A stretch of 64,000 nucleotides of DNA, from NCBI RefSeq assembly GCF_030028105.1, contig NC_092372.1, forward strand, positions 158,168,058 to 158,232,057, written 5' to 3'. How positions within the stretch are numbered: position 1 is the stretch's first letter; every line of letters starts with the position of its first letter. The translations under genes and the position numbers were made by a program. The stretch comes from Mobula birostris (lineage: Eukaryota). The notes under the pieces are model-generated. The model was not told where the DNA came from. It did not search any database and was given only the letters and a program-made list of their open reading frames with translations. This document shows positions 1 through 13,437 of this stretch, piece after piece.

Positions 1-692
1 TTGATGCCGTTTTGAAGGAGGTGGAAAACTCCTGACTGCAGCAGTGAGAGATTGAAGAAATCCTTGAAGACTCCGACTGGTTGGTTGACACAAGTTTTCA
101 GTTCTCTACCAGGTACACCATTGGGGCCTGATCTTTGTGAGGTTTCACCCTATTGAAAAATGTTGTTACGCCGGCCCCTGAGACAGGGATCACAGGTCAC
201 CAGATGCTGCTGGGATTTGTAGAGCTGTAGTTTTATTCTCCCTTTCAAAGCATGCATAAATGTCATTAAGCTCATTTGGGAGTAAATCATCACAGCCGTT
301 TATGATGTTAGGTCCTGTAATTGTCTACAAATCCTAACAGAGCTGATGTGCATCCAATTTCATCTACAACTTCAATTGGAATTGCTTTTTCCTCTCTTAA
401 AATAGCCTTCTATAGGTCATATCTAGACTTCTTGTACAATTCCGGATGGTATTGAATGCCACGGATCTAGCCCTCAACAGATAGTGCAACTCTGGTTCAT
501 CCACGGTTTTTGGTTTGGCTATGTCCAATTTGTTCTTCAAGGCAAACAGTCATCCATGCAGAAATTTATGAAGTCTGTGACAACTCTGACATATTCTTTC
601 AGATTTAAAGATGAATTCCTAAATATTTCCCAGTCCACTGATTTAAAGCAGATGTCCCTTGACTATACCTTTGTGGTCCTCACCACTGGTGC
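1..692 (-). mobile_element. Rex/Babar-type LINE fragment (decayed)
   Basis: Its reverse complement resembles the + strand Rex-like copy at about 22100-22800. Confidence 0.7.
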
Positions 693-1494
693 TATAGATG
701 AACAGCCTAAGGCACTGTACATGCTAATCAAAGCCATCCAAGTATACATGTGAATAAAGACCTAACATTCTTATATCACTTCATTTGAGATGTTAGAGAA
801 TAAGTGTAAGAATATGGATAGGATTAGGTGGGAGAAGATGATTAGTTGGTGAGAAATGAATTGTTGGAGCCTAAAACTGTGGGTTTTGTGAAAAAGGGTT
901 CGGATCAAAAGGATAGAAGATGATTGAAATCCTATATCAGGTCAAAGAATTAGCCTGTATAAAAATAGCTAGTATATGTTTCTCCTCTGCCCTTCTCCAC
1001 TCTTAGCCTGAACACAGGGTTTTCGCAAATCCTTTCCCCCAACAGATGCCACTAGGTGCATTGGGTTCCTCCAGTAGACTGATGCTTCAGATTCCAGTCT
1101 CTTGTGTCTCAGTGATTTTCTGATTCCTTTTTCTGTTCATCGTGTCAGGAAGATGATGACAAGGACTGCAGGGGTAGATAGGTGAATCGAAGAAAGAGTC
1201 CAAGGAGGATATGAGCTGAGGATTTGGGGATTCCCCTGGGGAGAGTAGACAGCTGGGGAGCTGACTGAGTGTGGTGTTAAAACTACAGCATGGAGTAGGA
1301 TGGTGACTGGTCATTGATCATAGTTATTTCGAGAAGGCTCCTACGTGGAGTAAATGGACTCATTGGCTTGTCAGTTGCAATCAGGGCAATGCAAGCCCTT
1401 CAACCACTTTATACAATCTTTGGAGAATACCTGTAGGACTGACGCCTCCTGGGATTACTGTGCTAACTGATGCACAAAACTGGGTGAGATAGTA

Positions 1495-2400
1495 TAGAAC
1501 ATAAAATGTAGTACAGTACAGCACAGGAACAAGCCCTTCAGCGCACAAAGTCAGAAATAGAATCAGAATCGGGTTTATTATCACGGGCATTTCATGAAAT
1601 TTGTTGTGTTCTGGCAGCAGTACAGTGCAAGCCAAACAAAATTACTGTAAATTACAATCCAATAAATTGTGCAGAAGAGGAATATCAAGCCAGTGTTCAC
1701 TGACAGTTCAGAAATCTGATGGCACAGGGATGAAGTTGTTTCTAAAACGCTCAGTATCAGCCTTCAGGCTCCTGTACGTCTTGCCTGATGGTAGCAATGA
1801 GAAGAGAGCACGTCCCAGATGGTGAGGGTCCTTTAATGATGGATGCTGCCTCCTTGGGGTGCCACCTCTTGAAGCTGTTCCAGATGGTGGGAGAGGTTGT
1901 GTCTGCGATGGAGCTGGCTAAATCTACAACCTCCTGCAGCCTCTTTCGGTCCTGTGCACTGTAGCAGGCGGTGACGCAATCAGTCAGAATGTACATCTGT
2001 CAAAATTCGCTGGAGCGTTTGATGACATGCCAGATCTTCTCAAAATCCTAATGAAGTGTAGTATATCTATGCTGACCATGATGCCAATTTAAACTGCACA
2101 TCTGCCCGCATGTGATCTATTTCGCTCAATTTGATGTCTGTCCAAATGCCTCTTAAATGTTGTTATTGCATCTGCTTCTGCCATTTCCCCCAGAAATGCA
2201 TTCAAAGCACCTACTACCCTCTGTGTAAAATGTTTGCATGTAAATCTCCTTAAACTTTCCCCCTTTCACCTTAAAGCTATGCCCTCTCGTACTTGACATT
2301 GCCTCTCTGGTGAAAAACGACTCTATCTACCCAGTGTATGCCTCATAATTTTAGAGATCAAATCCCTCCCCAGTCCATGTTTATCTAATCTCTCCTTTTC
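1495..2400 (-). mobile_element. CR1 3' fragment interrupted by a Rex/Babar 3' fragment (about 1555-2062)
   Basis: CR1 tail (atagaac...) resumes after an insert with an (AATCAG)n tail; the insert encodes ILTDCVTACYSAQDRKRLQ. Confidence 0.7.
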
Positions 2401-3286
2401 TTTGGTATTTGCATGCTCTAGAATATCAGCATACCCCTTCCTGAATTAGCTGTCATCAATACCGTTTGCTATGAAGAATACCAATGCAGATTAGTCATTT
2501 AAGTACCTTTCCCGTTTCTGCTGGCTCCAGGCATTAATTCCCTACTTTATCATTCAGTCTCCTCATGTTTCTTTTTACCACTTCACTAAATTTGCAACAT
2601 CTCTCATCATCCAATGTTCCTGCACCTGTCTTCATCTCCTGATGGTCACCCATCTATCTGAACCTGCACTGTGACCACCTCCTTGAAACTCATGTCTATA
2701 GCATGCTCTACTGGATCTACTGCATGCTCCTCATTGAGTCAAACTGCTAATTCCTATGATCTTTAAGGAACAGCAGTTGGACACACTTTCTGTGGACTAC
2801 AGGGACACTGGACTCCTTCTGCATCTCCTCCATCTCACAGGTTGTGATCCTCTGCACTCATTAGGAACTATCAAGTTCCATTTTGGGTGTAAGCCACTCC
2901 AAAATGGCTTTAAAGTGAATATTGGCTAATCTTGTACATTCTCTTTGTGGGGGACAGCTGTTAGAGCTAAAGATAGACATGGTTTGGCACATCAAAAAAA
3001 TGGGAACAAACTAATTTCTGCCCATGTTTTTCAAAGTATTCCTTCAAAGTCCCAATGCCATAGTCTTAAAGTTGAAAATGCCCAAGTTGTATTCTATATT
3101 TCAGAATATGCCTGATACACTTTTCAATATGCATGATTGATACTGAAAATATCAATTTGAAAAAGCTTCACTCCTTTTATCCACTGACTATCAATAGAGT
3201 AAGTTAAATCCCATCCTGATTGTTCCAAGGGAACTTAATTTGCTCCTTGGATGTGCAAATGATTATGAATTTTCATTTTGTTTCAG

Positions 3287-3457
3287 ATGTCAATGAATCT
3301 CTGAATGCAACTAAGAGCGAGAATGTCTCTGCTGTGAATGAGCAATTGCAGACCTCATCAAAACCTGTGACTGCTTCTCCCAGTATGAATGGTTCTCGCC
3401 TGGAGGGCGGCGAATCACAACCTGAGATATCAGGGAGTCGAGTCATTGAAAGCAGAG
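3287..3457 (+). CDS. PKD1L1: PKD1L1 exon, Ser/Asn-rich extracellular linker (DVNESLNATKSENVS...IESR); 3' boundary uncertain
   Basis: Acceptor ttttgtttcag and an open frame. Donor AG|GTGAAG gives phase 1-1, matching the next exon. Alternative donors exist at 3482 and 3499. Confidence 0.6.
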
Positions 3458-3605
3458 GTGAAGATAAAGTCTTTCTTGTTAGTGAAAACACTGGACAAGT
3501 AAAAGCTTTCAGCTTAGCTGTTCAATTAATTCTAAATTCCTAAAACAAAACTAGAATTCCGTAATTTTAATGCAACACTTTGGTGTGCAAGGCCCTTCTT
3601 TGTTT

Positions 3606-3990
3606 TAGAACATAGAACATAGAAAATCTACAGCACATTACAGGCCCTTCGGCCCACAATGTTGTGCTGACCACGTAACCTACACTAGAAGCTGCCTGGA
3701 ATTTCTCCATTGCATAGCCCTCTATTCTTCTAAGCTACATGTACCTATCTAAGAGACTCTTAAAAGACCCTGTCATATCCGCCTCTACAACCCTTGCTGG
3801 CAGTGCATTCCATGCACCCACCACTCTCTGTGGAAAAACTTGCCTCTGACATCCCCCTTCTACCTACTTCCAAGCACCTTAAAACTGTGCCCCCTCATAT
3901 TAGCCACTTCAGCTCCGGGAAAAAGCTTCCGGCTATCCAGACGATCAATGCCTCTCATCATCTTGTACATTTCACCTCTCATCCTCTGTC
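3606..3990 (-). mobile_element. CR1 LINE 3' end
   Basis: (AGAACAT)n tail, ggcccttcggccc stem, CR1 C-terminal coding remnant. Confidence 0.8.
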
Positions 3991-6799
3991 ACTCTGGAGG
4001 ATGAAAATTTTGGAAATATTTATTGTCACTTAGTTAAAAATAAGTTTTCCTTGGTATAAATTCAATTAAACATTGGGGCAACTGATCATTCCTTCAATTC
4101 AGTGACTGGTAATTCTTTCCTTCCTGGTCATTGGCTCAAGTTGCAGCAGACTATTTCACCTCCTTATATAAAGCTGAGTTTCTGACCCCATATCCTCTCC
4201 TAATCCACTCCTCTGTCAGTTAACCTGCTGAGTAAACCACATTTATCTGATAACTGCTGTCAGACACAACTCTTCAAATGCTCTTCCAGCCTGTCTCCCA
4301 CCATCCACCATCCATAAATTTGTCCCATAATAATGCATTAGCAAGGAATAGTGAAATGCCTGTGTTGTGCAGTAGCAGAATAAGGATGATAGTTTAGCAA
4401 GCATATTAAAGGGGGCACTGAAGGGTTGATACTGGGCAGAAAAAGTCTGGAACAAATTCAAACCAACCTAAACTACAAACTCCAGATTAATCTGAACCCA
4501 TAGTAAACTTGTGTCTGGTTACCAGCCTAACTACAATCCCATAATCTCCAGGATGGACATTTACCATTGTCCATATAAGGTAAAGGGGGAATTGCACATG
4601 GGACATTGTGATTGATGGTTCACGTGGCAAATGGGTGCTGAAGTATGTCACTGCAAAAGGCTTGCCTCACCCGATACACAGCACATGCGGGATAGAGATA
4701 GTGGGGGTGGGGAGGGGGGAGAAATAGTAGAGATTGTAATAAAAGAAACAGAAGTAGAATAAAGTCAACTCTGGATCAGGGAACGTTCGTTCCAGGATGA
4801 GTGACTCCCATGTTGGTGTCAGCTCAGAATAAAGATCAAGCTTGTTCTGAAGGTAAACCCCAAACTCCATGTGAATTCTTTTTGTCTTCACTGAAGGAGC
4901 AGACTGCATCAGGTGGTGCCCAGAACAGGCCTTACCTGTATGTCTCCCATTGGAAATACTTCGACTGAGAGCCCAGCAATGTTATCTGTCAAAGCTGTAG
5001 AATTTTTCATTAAAATACTTCTTAAAAGTTTTTTTTATCCAAGTAGTAATTTATAAGGATGAAACAAACTACCTAAAATAATTATTGTAGTCATTGTTGC
5101 AAAGACAAATAATTTTAAAAAATCATTACTTAGTTTATTCTCCTATTTGTTTCTTGCAGCAGTAACATCACTATTAGAATGCTGGATTATAATATGTCTC
5201 AGCACCAAGAGAAGATTTGTTAGGAATTACAACAAACTTTGGTAAATTGCCAATGCAGCTCAGCCAGAAGTTCCAGAACTTTAGAGTTCATTGTGGAAAT
5301 CCCAAACTTATCTGAGGAGTGAGTGGAACGGCCTCTATGGGGATTTTCTGTGCTACTACGCATACCACCTTAAGATGCTTTGTGCAACTCAGATTTAGAT
5401 TAATTTATGTCAGTTACATAATTAAATTCCTTTCTTGAGTGAAGCTCATGATGTAAACAGTATTCATTATGTTGTTTTGCACTCATCACTTTATTTATAA
5501 TAAATGCAACAATAAATACAGCAATTGGTGCAAAACAGAATGGCGCTAAGTATGGTTGTGCAAAAAGAAATGTTAAAGTGACTCAAAGAAAGAGGTCGAA
5601 TTAAGGGCTCAAGAATGTGGTAGCATAACTGGGAAAGGAATCAGAAAAAGGCGATTGGTCCAGGACTTAAGTTTTAGAAATGTAGCTATTCAGCGTTGAC
5701 ATCATCATTCTCAAAGAAAATAATTACCTGATTTCAAAACTCCAAATTAAAATAAAGACAAACAATGCAAGTACATACTCCTCTCTTTATATTTTCATTG
5801 ATTTTAATACTTGCCCATCTCACCTTCCCTTTGAAACTTAAAAGTAAAGGGTACCATGATTATCAAAAGCAAAACATTGAAGGTGTTAGAAATCTGCATT
5901 AGAAACAGAAATTACTACAATATTCAGCAGCTGAGGCAAGCATCTCTGGAGAGAGAAGCTGAGTTTATGTCATTGAGCAGAAACATTAACTCTGAGACTT
6001 GTCTCATCACCTTAGAGATTTACTTTGCTGCAAGCAGATTGCAATGTGTCCAATAAAGAGGAAAACACTACTTCAACTCTTATCTTCTTTGGCAATGTGT
6101 TCCACACCTGCTGTGCCTATTCCCTCAAAGGTTCAGGGAAGCTGGCTTCTGGAAAATGCTGTCATGGAAAGTTTCCCTCCCATCACATGTCATCCTAACA
6201 TGGAGGTATATCACCATTCCTTTATTAACTGAATCAAGATTCAGTCAACTTTTGTTTAACAGTGCTGTGATAACTTCACTTCACAGGGAGTTGTGCTTCA
6301 GTAAGGTGGTTCATATCCATCTTTACAAGAGTAATAGTGGATAGTATATAAATTGTTTTCATAATGACATTTCCATCCCTTGAGAAAGTGAATAAGGTGT
6401 TCAATGAATCCTATTTGTTAATAATAAGTTGAAGTTAATTAGTAATCCCCTTAGCTGCATATCAAATTTTATGTTATCAAATCTTGCTTTATAAATATCC
6501 TGAGGTTTTTACAGAATCATTGTTAAACTTCTTATTTGCAAATAGCATCAGCCTAATTTATTTTTAATTGTATCTAAATTCTATTGGTGAGCTCCACTAT
6601 TTATAATTCTGGGAAGAGTGCAGGAAAGATTGCGTCTGAAAGCTATACTTCTGATTTGCCTGGAGTACTCATCTGTACTGTGAACTTTGCCCTTTCACCT
6701 TGGATTCTCCATTGAAAAAAAACTGAGGAAGATTAAGATGTTTTCAAATGATAACTAACATCAGTATACTTGACTTCATTCCTTACTCAACTTTCTCAG

Positions 6800-6892
6800 C
6801 AGCTGTCAACAACAACACCAGTAACAATATTATTGGAACTGTCTTTGGAGAAGGTTCTTCTAATGTAACTGAGAATGCCACTGATTCATCAG
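6800..6892 (+). CDS. PKD1L1: PKD1L1 exon (AAVNNNTSNNIIGTVFGEGSSNVTENATDSS)
   Basis: ctttctcag|CAG (NAGNAG acceptor) ... CAG|GTAACA; 93 nt, phase 1-1. Confidence 0.75.
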
Positions 6893-7239
6893 GTAACAGG
6901 TTCTTGCCATCTTTTTGTTTTGTCTGCAGTTAAATCTGGTTCTCACTGCAAATGTTGCCCGGCTGTTTCCATTTTGGTACTTGTTTAAGAATAGTGTATA
7001 CAAGCTATGTTTTCATAATCTAATCCACCCCTCCTTATAGTCATCCTTCATGGAAAATAGATGAGTGAAGAATATTACATCACGGCCAATCAAGTGCTTC
7101 TAAGATGGTAGCCAGGACTCTGGCAGTTAAGACAGATTGCTGTTCACTTGCCATCATCATTAACCAGAAACTTAAATAAATTCTACAGTAGCACATAAAT
7201 TGTCTGGCTACAAGAATCAGTAGAAAGCTGAATTTCTTA

Positions 7240-7655
7240 CAAGTTTACAAGTTTGTTGCCAGAATTTGAGGGACTGAGTTATCGACCAAAGTTAAGCGGG
7301 TTGGGACTTCGTTCACTGAAGCAGAGGAGAACGAGTATTGATATTATAGAGGTATATAAAACCATAAGTGGTATAGATTTGGTGAATACACAAAACATTT
7401 TTCCCAGGATTGGAGAATGAAGAACTGGAGGATATATACCAGAACATGATCAGTACATGGAATGAGCTGCCAGAGGAAGTGATCGAGTGATTAATAACTT
7501 AAAATGCACTTCGACATGTAGATGAAAAGGAAAGATTTAGAGGGATACAGAACAAGCACGAGCAAGTTGGACTTGCTTCAGTGGAAATCTTGGCCAGCAC
7601 AGACAAGTTGGGGAGGAGGGCCTGTTACCATATTGCATGACTCAATAACTCTAAG
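7240..7655 (+). mobile_element. Old CR1 3' fragment
   Basis: Degenerate CR1 3' coding region and gggcctgtt 3' UTR. Confidence 0.65.
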
Positions 7656-8408
7656 TTACTCAATGCCAAAATACCAAAACCTTTTTAGCATCTAATAAGC
7701 ACATGTTGGGACTGTAATATAACACTCTTCACTCAACTAGATATATGGATCTCCAATAACTCTAAATCCTAACACCATCTGGAACTAAGCAGCTCAACTG
7801 ATTGAGGCATTATCCACAATGCTAAGTATTAATGACCATGAATTGAGTACCATAGCTGTAGTGTACACCATCTGTGATATATACTACAGTTGATCGCCAT
7901 GAATATTGCTCAAAACAACTCTTCCTTTTTGGATAAAACAGCACCTGAAAATGCCGTCACCCGCAGATTCCTTTGCAAGACACACGTAATTCCAACTTGG
8001 AAATATATGGATTTGAGATCTGAATCCACTTGAGATGGACAATAAGTGCTGGCCGTGCTAGTGACGCCACTTTAGGCAAATTAGTGAAAAAAAAGAATCT
8101 CTACCTGATACACTATTTGTTTTAACATTTCCGTATCCTGGTGGGCCCAATGTTTATTAACACCTTGCTTTTATTTCATGGTGTTGATTAGGAGTAATAG
8201 ATACCATTATTACGCACAGCTGCTGTATGTTTGAAAAGTATGCTATCTTAGGATGTACAGATGTATACACTTGTATTTGAGAGAATCAAAAGCCTATGTT
8301 TCCATTTTTATAGGAGAACAGCTTCTAATCTAACCAGAATCTAGACAGTATATTATTATTTATTCTATTTTTACTCTGAATACTTTTATGTGTCATTTTT
8401 TTGTGTAG

Positions 8409-8474
8409 AGTATGACACACATTATAACACGGTAGAAGGAACCTCTGGTTCTGGTGGGAGACCAGGATTTCAAG
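8409..8474 (+). CDS. PKD1L1: PKD1L1 exon (EYDTHYNTVEGTSGSGGRPGFQ)
   Basis: tttttttgtgtag| ... AAG|GTAAGG; 66 nt, phase 1-1; SGGR motif recalled from PKD1L1. Confidence 0.85.
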
Positions 8475-9034
8475 GTAAGGTTGTAATTAATTAGTAGGTC
8501 AGTTTTTGATGAATAGAATTCTTTTTCTATTGCAGTTTCATATTTGTCTCTCATTCTGTACTTCACACCTACATGGTTGAATGATCAAAACTGCTGATGT
8601 TATTTTATTTTCTTCTAATGGGATATTCCAGCCTTATCTGGATACTAATAAATTAGTAACGTTTCCTGAGTTTGATCTGGTACCAGTAAAGTAATTCTTT
8701 GGCGATAGTACTAATGGTCTATGAGAGCAGTTATCACTCACCCATTCCTGAGAATTTCAAAACATAAATCATAGCCTTAAGTAATTTTCTCTATGGTATA
8801 TTGTATGCCATATTATTCTGCTTGGAATGACATCTTCTTGAGAGGGTTTTGCATGTTGCAGGTGTTAGACCCAGAGGAGCGATCTTTTTGTTTCCTAGGA
8901 GGTTATCAGTTACAAGCAATGCTGTGGCATTCCGTATTTGCAATGTGCAATTATAAGCACAAGGAAAACCCTTGCTAAACAGTCTTGCACCTGAGCACTT
9001 ACTTTTGATTTTTTTCTAAATTTCTGAGTCACAG

Positions 9035-9211
9035 GAGGTGGATCCAGTGGAAACAATATCGATTCAGGATCCAATTTTGGATCGGAAAGAGGAGACGGTG
9101 ATGATGTGCTCCCAGATGTTCAGCCTCCATCTCCATCCAGACCCACTCCCATGATTGAATGGACTAAAATACGCATTAATGACGAGAAGTTTGAAACATT
9201 TACAACCACAG
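9035..9211 (+). CDS. PKD1L1: PKD1L1 exon (GGSSGNNIDSGS...GDGDDV...MIEWTK...FETFTTT) with a GC donor
   Basis: cacag| ... CAG|GCAAGT; 177 nt, phase 1-1; GDGD and MIxWxK motifs match PKD1L1. Confidence 0.85.
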
Positions 9212-10555
9212 GCAAGTGGACTGTTTGAAAACAGAAAAGGAAATTGGGCTAATGTGTTACCCAAAAAGTTGTTATTGGAGTCACTCAGTGTATGTGCTGG
9301 TATGTGTCTACAGTCGGCATTGCCACACATCCTGGTGGAAATTCCTCACTCAGGAATTTTACCTGGTTATCCCATTTACATGTTTAAGGTACATAATCAG
9401 TACCTAGAAGAACAGAAGATATAGCCCAGCCAAAATGCTTTGTCAGCCCTTTCCCTTGTCAGATAATGAAAATGATTTCACAGCACCATGCCAAGCTCAC
9501 CAAGAAGTTTTGGATGCCTAGCTTTCAATCTTTACACAGACTCCTATGTGTGGAGTGTTTCTCTTACATACACCACTGCATTCTGCATTCCATACCCCGA
9601 TGAGGCAGTTGACACAGAGTCATTCAATACAGGGAATTCTTTTCCCATTCTTTACCTAATCTGACGCTTGTATTGGGTCAGGACCTGGTGCTGTCCCTAT
9701 CAGACCTACTATGAACCAGTATGCATCGCATCAGTTCTAGCATAGTTCCAGCCGATTTATTGGAATTCTGCTAAGGATGTTTTAATAGCTTCAGCAAAGG
9801 TTTGATTTTTAGCTTTTCACCTCAGATCACTTGCACATCCAGTTTATATTCATCTGGTTTTGTAACTTCTCAAGTCACACACTGAATATACTTGTCACTG
9901 ATCCCTGCAACATAATATTCCCATTGGAGTAAAGAGCTTGTGCATTTTAAAAGTTTCAGTCCATTTTGTGCTGCATTGTTTGGAATATTATTGGAATGAA
10001 ATTCTTATCCAAAGGATAATAAAGTGATTGACAATATCTTCCTCAATACTGGTAGTAATCTTAATCAAAGCCACACAGACGGATTCAAATATGAGGCAGA
10101 TTTGGAAAAATAAGCAGTTGTTTTGTTGTTATGTGTGTTGATGATTTTAAAAAAGACTTTGGCTCGAGCTGAGTCAGAGTTAAATAAATCCAGCAGTATA
10201 CCTTGATGTAATTCTTTGAGGTGGTTAAGCAAATAGGAATTGAGATAAAGTTTGAATTGGAGAAAACATTGCAGCCTTGGGCCAATGTGATGTGAATAGC
10301 AAAGGGACATAACAGAGACTTTTGTCATTCCTCTGGGGAATGTGTTGTGTACCATCGTGGCAATGGAACGAAAATTAGGCACATCAACAATATCAACAAT
10401 AGAATACATCTTATAGAAGGTTTTCATTATGCTTAAAGAATTATTGAATTATAGAATTAGTAGAATGCTTGCAATGAGAAAAGGGAACTGTGATCTATTC
10501 AGCTTTGTCTCCCTTTCCAGTCAATTACATTGTAATGGACATTTGCTTTTTGGTA

Positions 10556-10925
10556 AAACCATAAGATACAGGAGCAGAATTAGCCATTTGGCCCATCATG
10601 TCTGCTCCGCCATTTCATCATGGCTGATCCATTTTCCGTCTCAGCCCCAATCTCCTGGCTTCTCTCCATATCCCTTCATGCCCTGACTAATCAAGAGTCT
10701 GTCAACCTTAGCCTTAAATTTACCAAATGACTTTGCTTCCACAGCTGCCTTTGTCAATGAATTCCACAGATTCACCACGCACTGGCTGAAGAAACCTTCC
10801 TCATCTCCATTCTAAAAGCACATCCTTCTGTGTCCTCTGGTCTTAGACTCTCCCGCCATAGGAAACATCCTCTCCACATCCATTCTGTCAAGGCCTTTTA
10901 ACTATCGATAGATTTCAATGAGGTC
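10556..10925 (-). mobile_element. CR1 3' fragment
   Basis: ccataagatacaggagcagaattagcc tail; gaattccacagattcaccac. Confidence 0.75.
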
Positions 10926-11157
10926 ACAAGGTTAGCTGGAGTGTGGAAATCAAGTTACTGCCACAAGTAATCTCGAAAGTGGAGATCCTTTAAACACCAA
11001 TTACTTGGTTACTTAAGAATATGAATTATTAAAACAAGAAAATGGGAACAGACATTTTCAAATATACTGGAAATATGATATCCCAGGATGGAATGAAAGG
11101 GATAGTTTTGCGCCCCCCTCCTAATTGATTTATTAATTAATTTGCCTTTTTCCACAG

Positions 11158-11232
11158 GTATAAAATCACAAATATTGACATTTAAACCTTTTGGCCTGCA
11201 AAGTAAGAAGGTTTACATGCTAGAAGTTGTTG
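11158..11232 (+). CDS. PKD1L1: PKD1L1 exon, REJ region (GIKSQILTFKPFGLQSKKVYMLEVV)
   Basis: ttttttccacag| ... TTG|GTGAGT; 75 nt, phase 1-1. Confidence 0.9.
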
Positions 11233-11376
11233 GTGAGTAAGATTTTTATAAGCACATTAGATAAAAGCAAGAAATAGTGGAATCTCTGAACATTTTAAAT
11301 GATTTTTTTCTGTTAACAAAAGATATGTTGATTGAGTTTGTTGCTATCTGTTTTCTCATCTCTGTACATCAACCAG

Positions 11377-11519
11377 TCAGAGGCCAGAATGAGAAAGGAA
11401 AGGCACAACTTTTCCTTTTTACCAACGACAATCCTCAGGGTTTGACATGTGAAATACGACCCAGTAAAGGATCAGAGATTCAGACACATTACAGCATGTT
11501 CTGTACATCAGGAAGGAAG
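11377..11519 (+). CDS. PKD1L1: PKD1L1 exon, REJ (VRGQNEKGKAQLFL...YSMFCTSGRK)
   Basis: accag| ... AAG|GTGGGT; 143 nt, phase 1-0. Confidence 0.9.
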
Positions 11520-12282
11520 GTGGGTTGTCATATTATAAGCATAATATTCACTGTTTATGAAAGCATTCCCTTGGTAAGTGAGCTGGGTGTATTAAAAATT
11601 AGATTATTATTCCTCAAGTGTCAAAGAAATGCTCTACCTTATATTCACTTTTAGATTAGTCGAAGAGATTTATGAATTTTTGAGCAATTTAAGCAATCCC
11701 TGATATGATTAATACAGAGATTCTTTATCCCAAGGATAAAGAACTAAAAGTATATTTAATTATTTTCATTGCAAAATGACGTTAATTTAATTGATCTTGA
11801 TTTTTCAACCATTCTTTTAATGGGTTGTGGTTCGAAATACTTATCAATCAACAGCTTGTTATATGTGATGAGGTATTCATAATGCTTAATACATGTATAT
11901 TAACAATTTCCATTCAAAATGCTGTAGTTTATTAGTGTTTGCTTCTGACAGTTACTTTTTCTATTTGCTCCCTATTTCAATCTCTTCAACATAATTTCAG
12001 TTTAGATCCAATACTTAATAATCAGAAATTTCAAACACTGTTAATGTTTTAAAATCAAAGCCATAAAATTAGCAGCTTACAAAACGTTGTTAACAGTGAT
12101 CAGATTGGAAACTTGATTCCAACTCACGCATCCTGTGTGCAGACTTCTACATAATTCATATCTAAACAAACTATATTTGTCAGGCACTGTAGGTGCACTT
12201 TTAAAAGTTACTTTATGAACTCGAATGATCTGGAAAAATGACACTGTGGTGTTTAACTAGATGTTTCCTTTTCTTGTTCAAG

Positions 12283-12403
12283 GATCTGCATTATGAGTAT
12301 AGCTATAGTATCGGCAATTCAACTGAAACTCTCCTGTATGAAGGAAGAGATCATGAATATTACTTTCAGTTACCTGCTGGAGAACCAACAGATGGATACA
12401 AGC
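12283..12403 (+). CDS. PKD1L1: PKD1L1 exon, REJ (DLHYEYSYSIGN...YYFQLPAGEPTDGYK)
   Basis: ttcttgttcaag| ... AGC|GTGAGT; 121 nt, phase 0-1; LPAG REJ motif. Confidence 0.92.
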
Positions 12404-13189
12404 GTGAGTGCCATTTGAAACAATGGCCTGCATTTATGCTGAATACTTCGCACAGATAATGTGTTTAGAAGCATTAGCAAGCAGAAAATGGGTACTAGGT
12501 CTAATAGGAAGGCGACTGGAACCATGATTAAATGGAAGGATTTTAAAGTGCTTCTGACAATGTGAAGAATGAGGGTTTTACTGAGAGTAGGGGCAAAAAA
12601 GCAATGAAATTTTAAAGAAAGATTTGGATTGATGCTTGTTAATGAAATCAGGAATGGAAATATTGTGGAAAGCTGAATCAAGGTTGTAGTGGTTCCTTCT
12701 TTGGTTGGGGTTTCTGTTAATAACAGCAATTTTGAACTCATTATATTGATTAATGTGACCTATCTAAGATGGGTGAGTGGTAGTTTTAGTCTTGAGAGAT
12801 TTAGTGCAGGGGAATGAGGCTTTGAACAAGTTAAAGCTAGTGAGGAGTGGAGTCCAGAAGCTAAGGAAATAGGCTGTAAGGTAAGGAGAAATCTACAGCG
12901 ATGATTGCATGATATAAATTCATTAGGTAACAAACATATTGCAGATGTTTAGAGTTGGAGCCTGACAATGAAAGAGATTTTGTAATATTGAAGTTCAGCC
13001 TTGGGGAAAGGTAGCATACAGTGCTGAACATATGGAGCAGCAGCTACAGACACGGAGTTTGAGGCAGACCAAATTGATTAGTGACGTTATTTTATGAGCT
13101 TTCCCTTTTGAAGAAAAAAATCTGAGCAAACACAAGAGTAAAGTGGAAATACAAGCGAGATTGAAGAAGCAGGAAACCTGGACCTACGC

Positions 13190-13437
13190 ACAAAATGTCA
13201 GAGATCTGCAGGTCAGGTCGCATCTAGGGAGTGAAATGGATAGCTGATGTTTTCAGCTGCGACTCTTCTTCAGGACTGGAAAGTGAGAGAGGAGATAGTC
13301 AGTCTAAAAGAGGGGATAGAACAAGACCAAGTGGGTGATTGGTGAAACCAAGAGATGGGAGAAGGTAGGCAGGAATGGGAATTCCAGCAATTCGCTTGCT
13401 GATTCAGATTCTAGCATCTGCAGTCCCTTGTGTCTCC
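13190..13437. mobile_element. PLE pLTR remnant with an internal inversion (minus piece, then plus piece)
   Basis: The minus piece has a decayed hammerhead (13241-13278); the plus piece ends in gcatctgcagtcccttgtgtctc, like 55720-55750. Confidence 0.6.

Noticed and set aside
3458-3498. Longer version of the first exon ending at CAA|GTAAAA
   Set aside because: It ends in phase 0, while the next supported exon starts in phase 1.
5160-5241. Constitutive PKD1L1 exon from the strong acceptor
   Set aside because: 82 nt, phase-incompatible with its neighbours, and the other frames contain stops; kept only as a low-interest finding.
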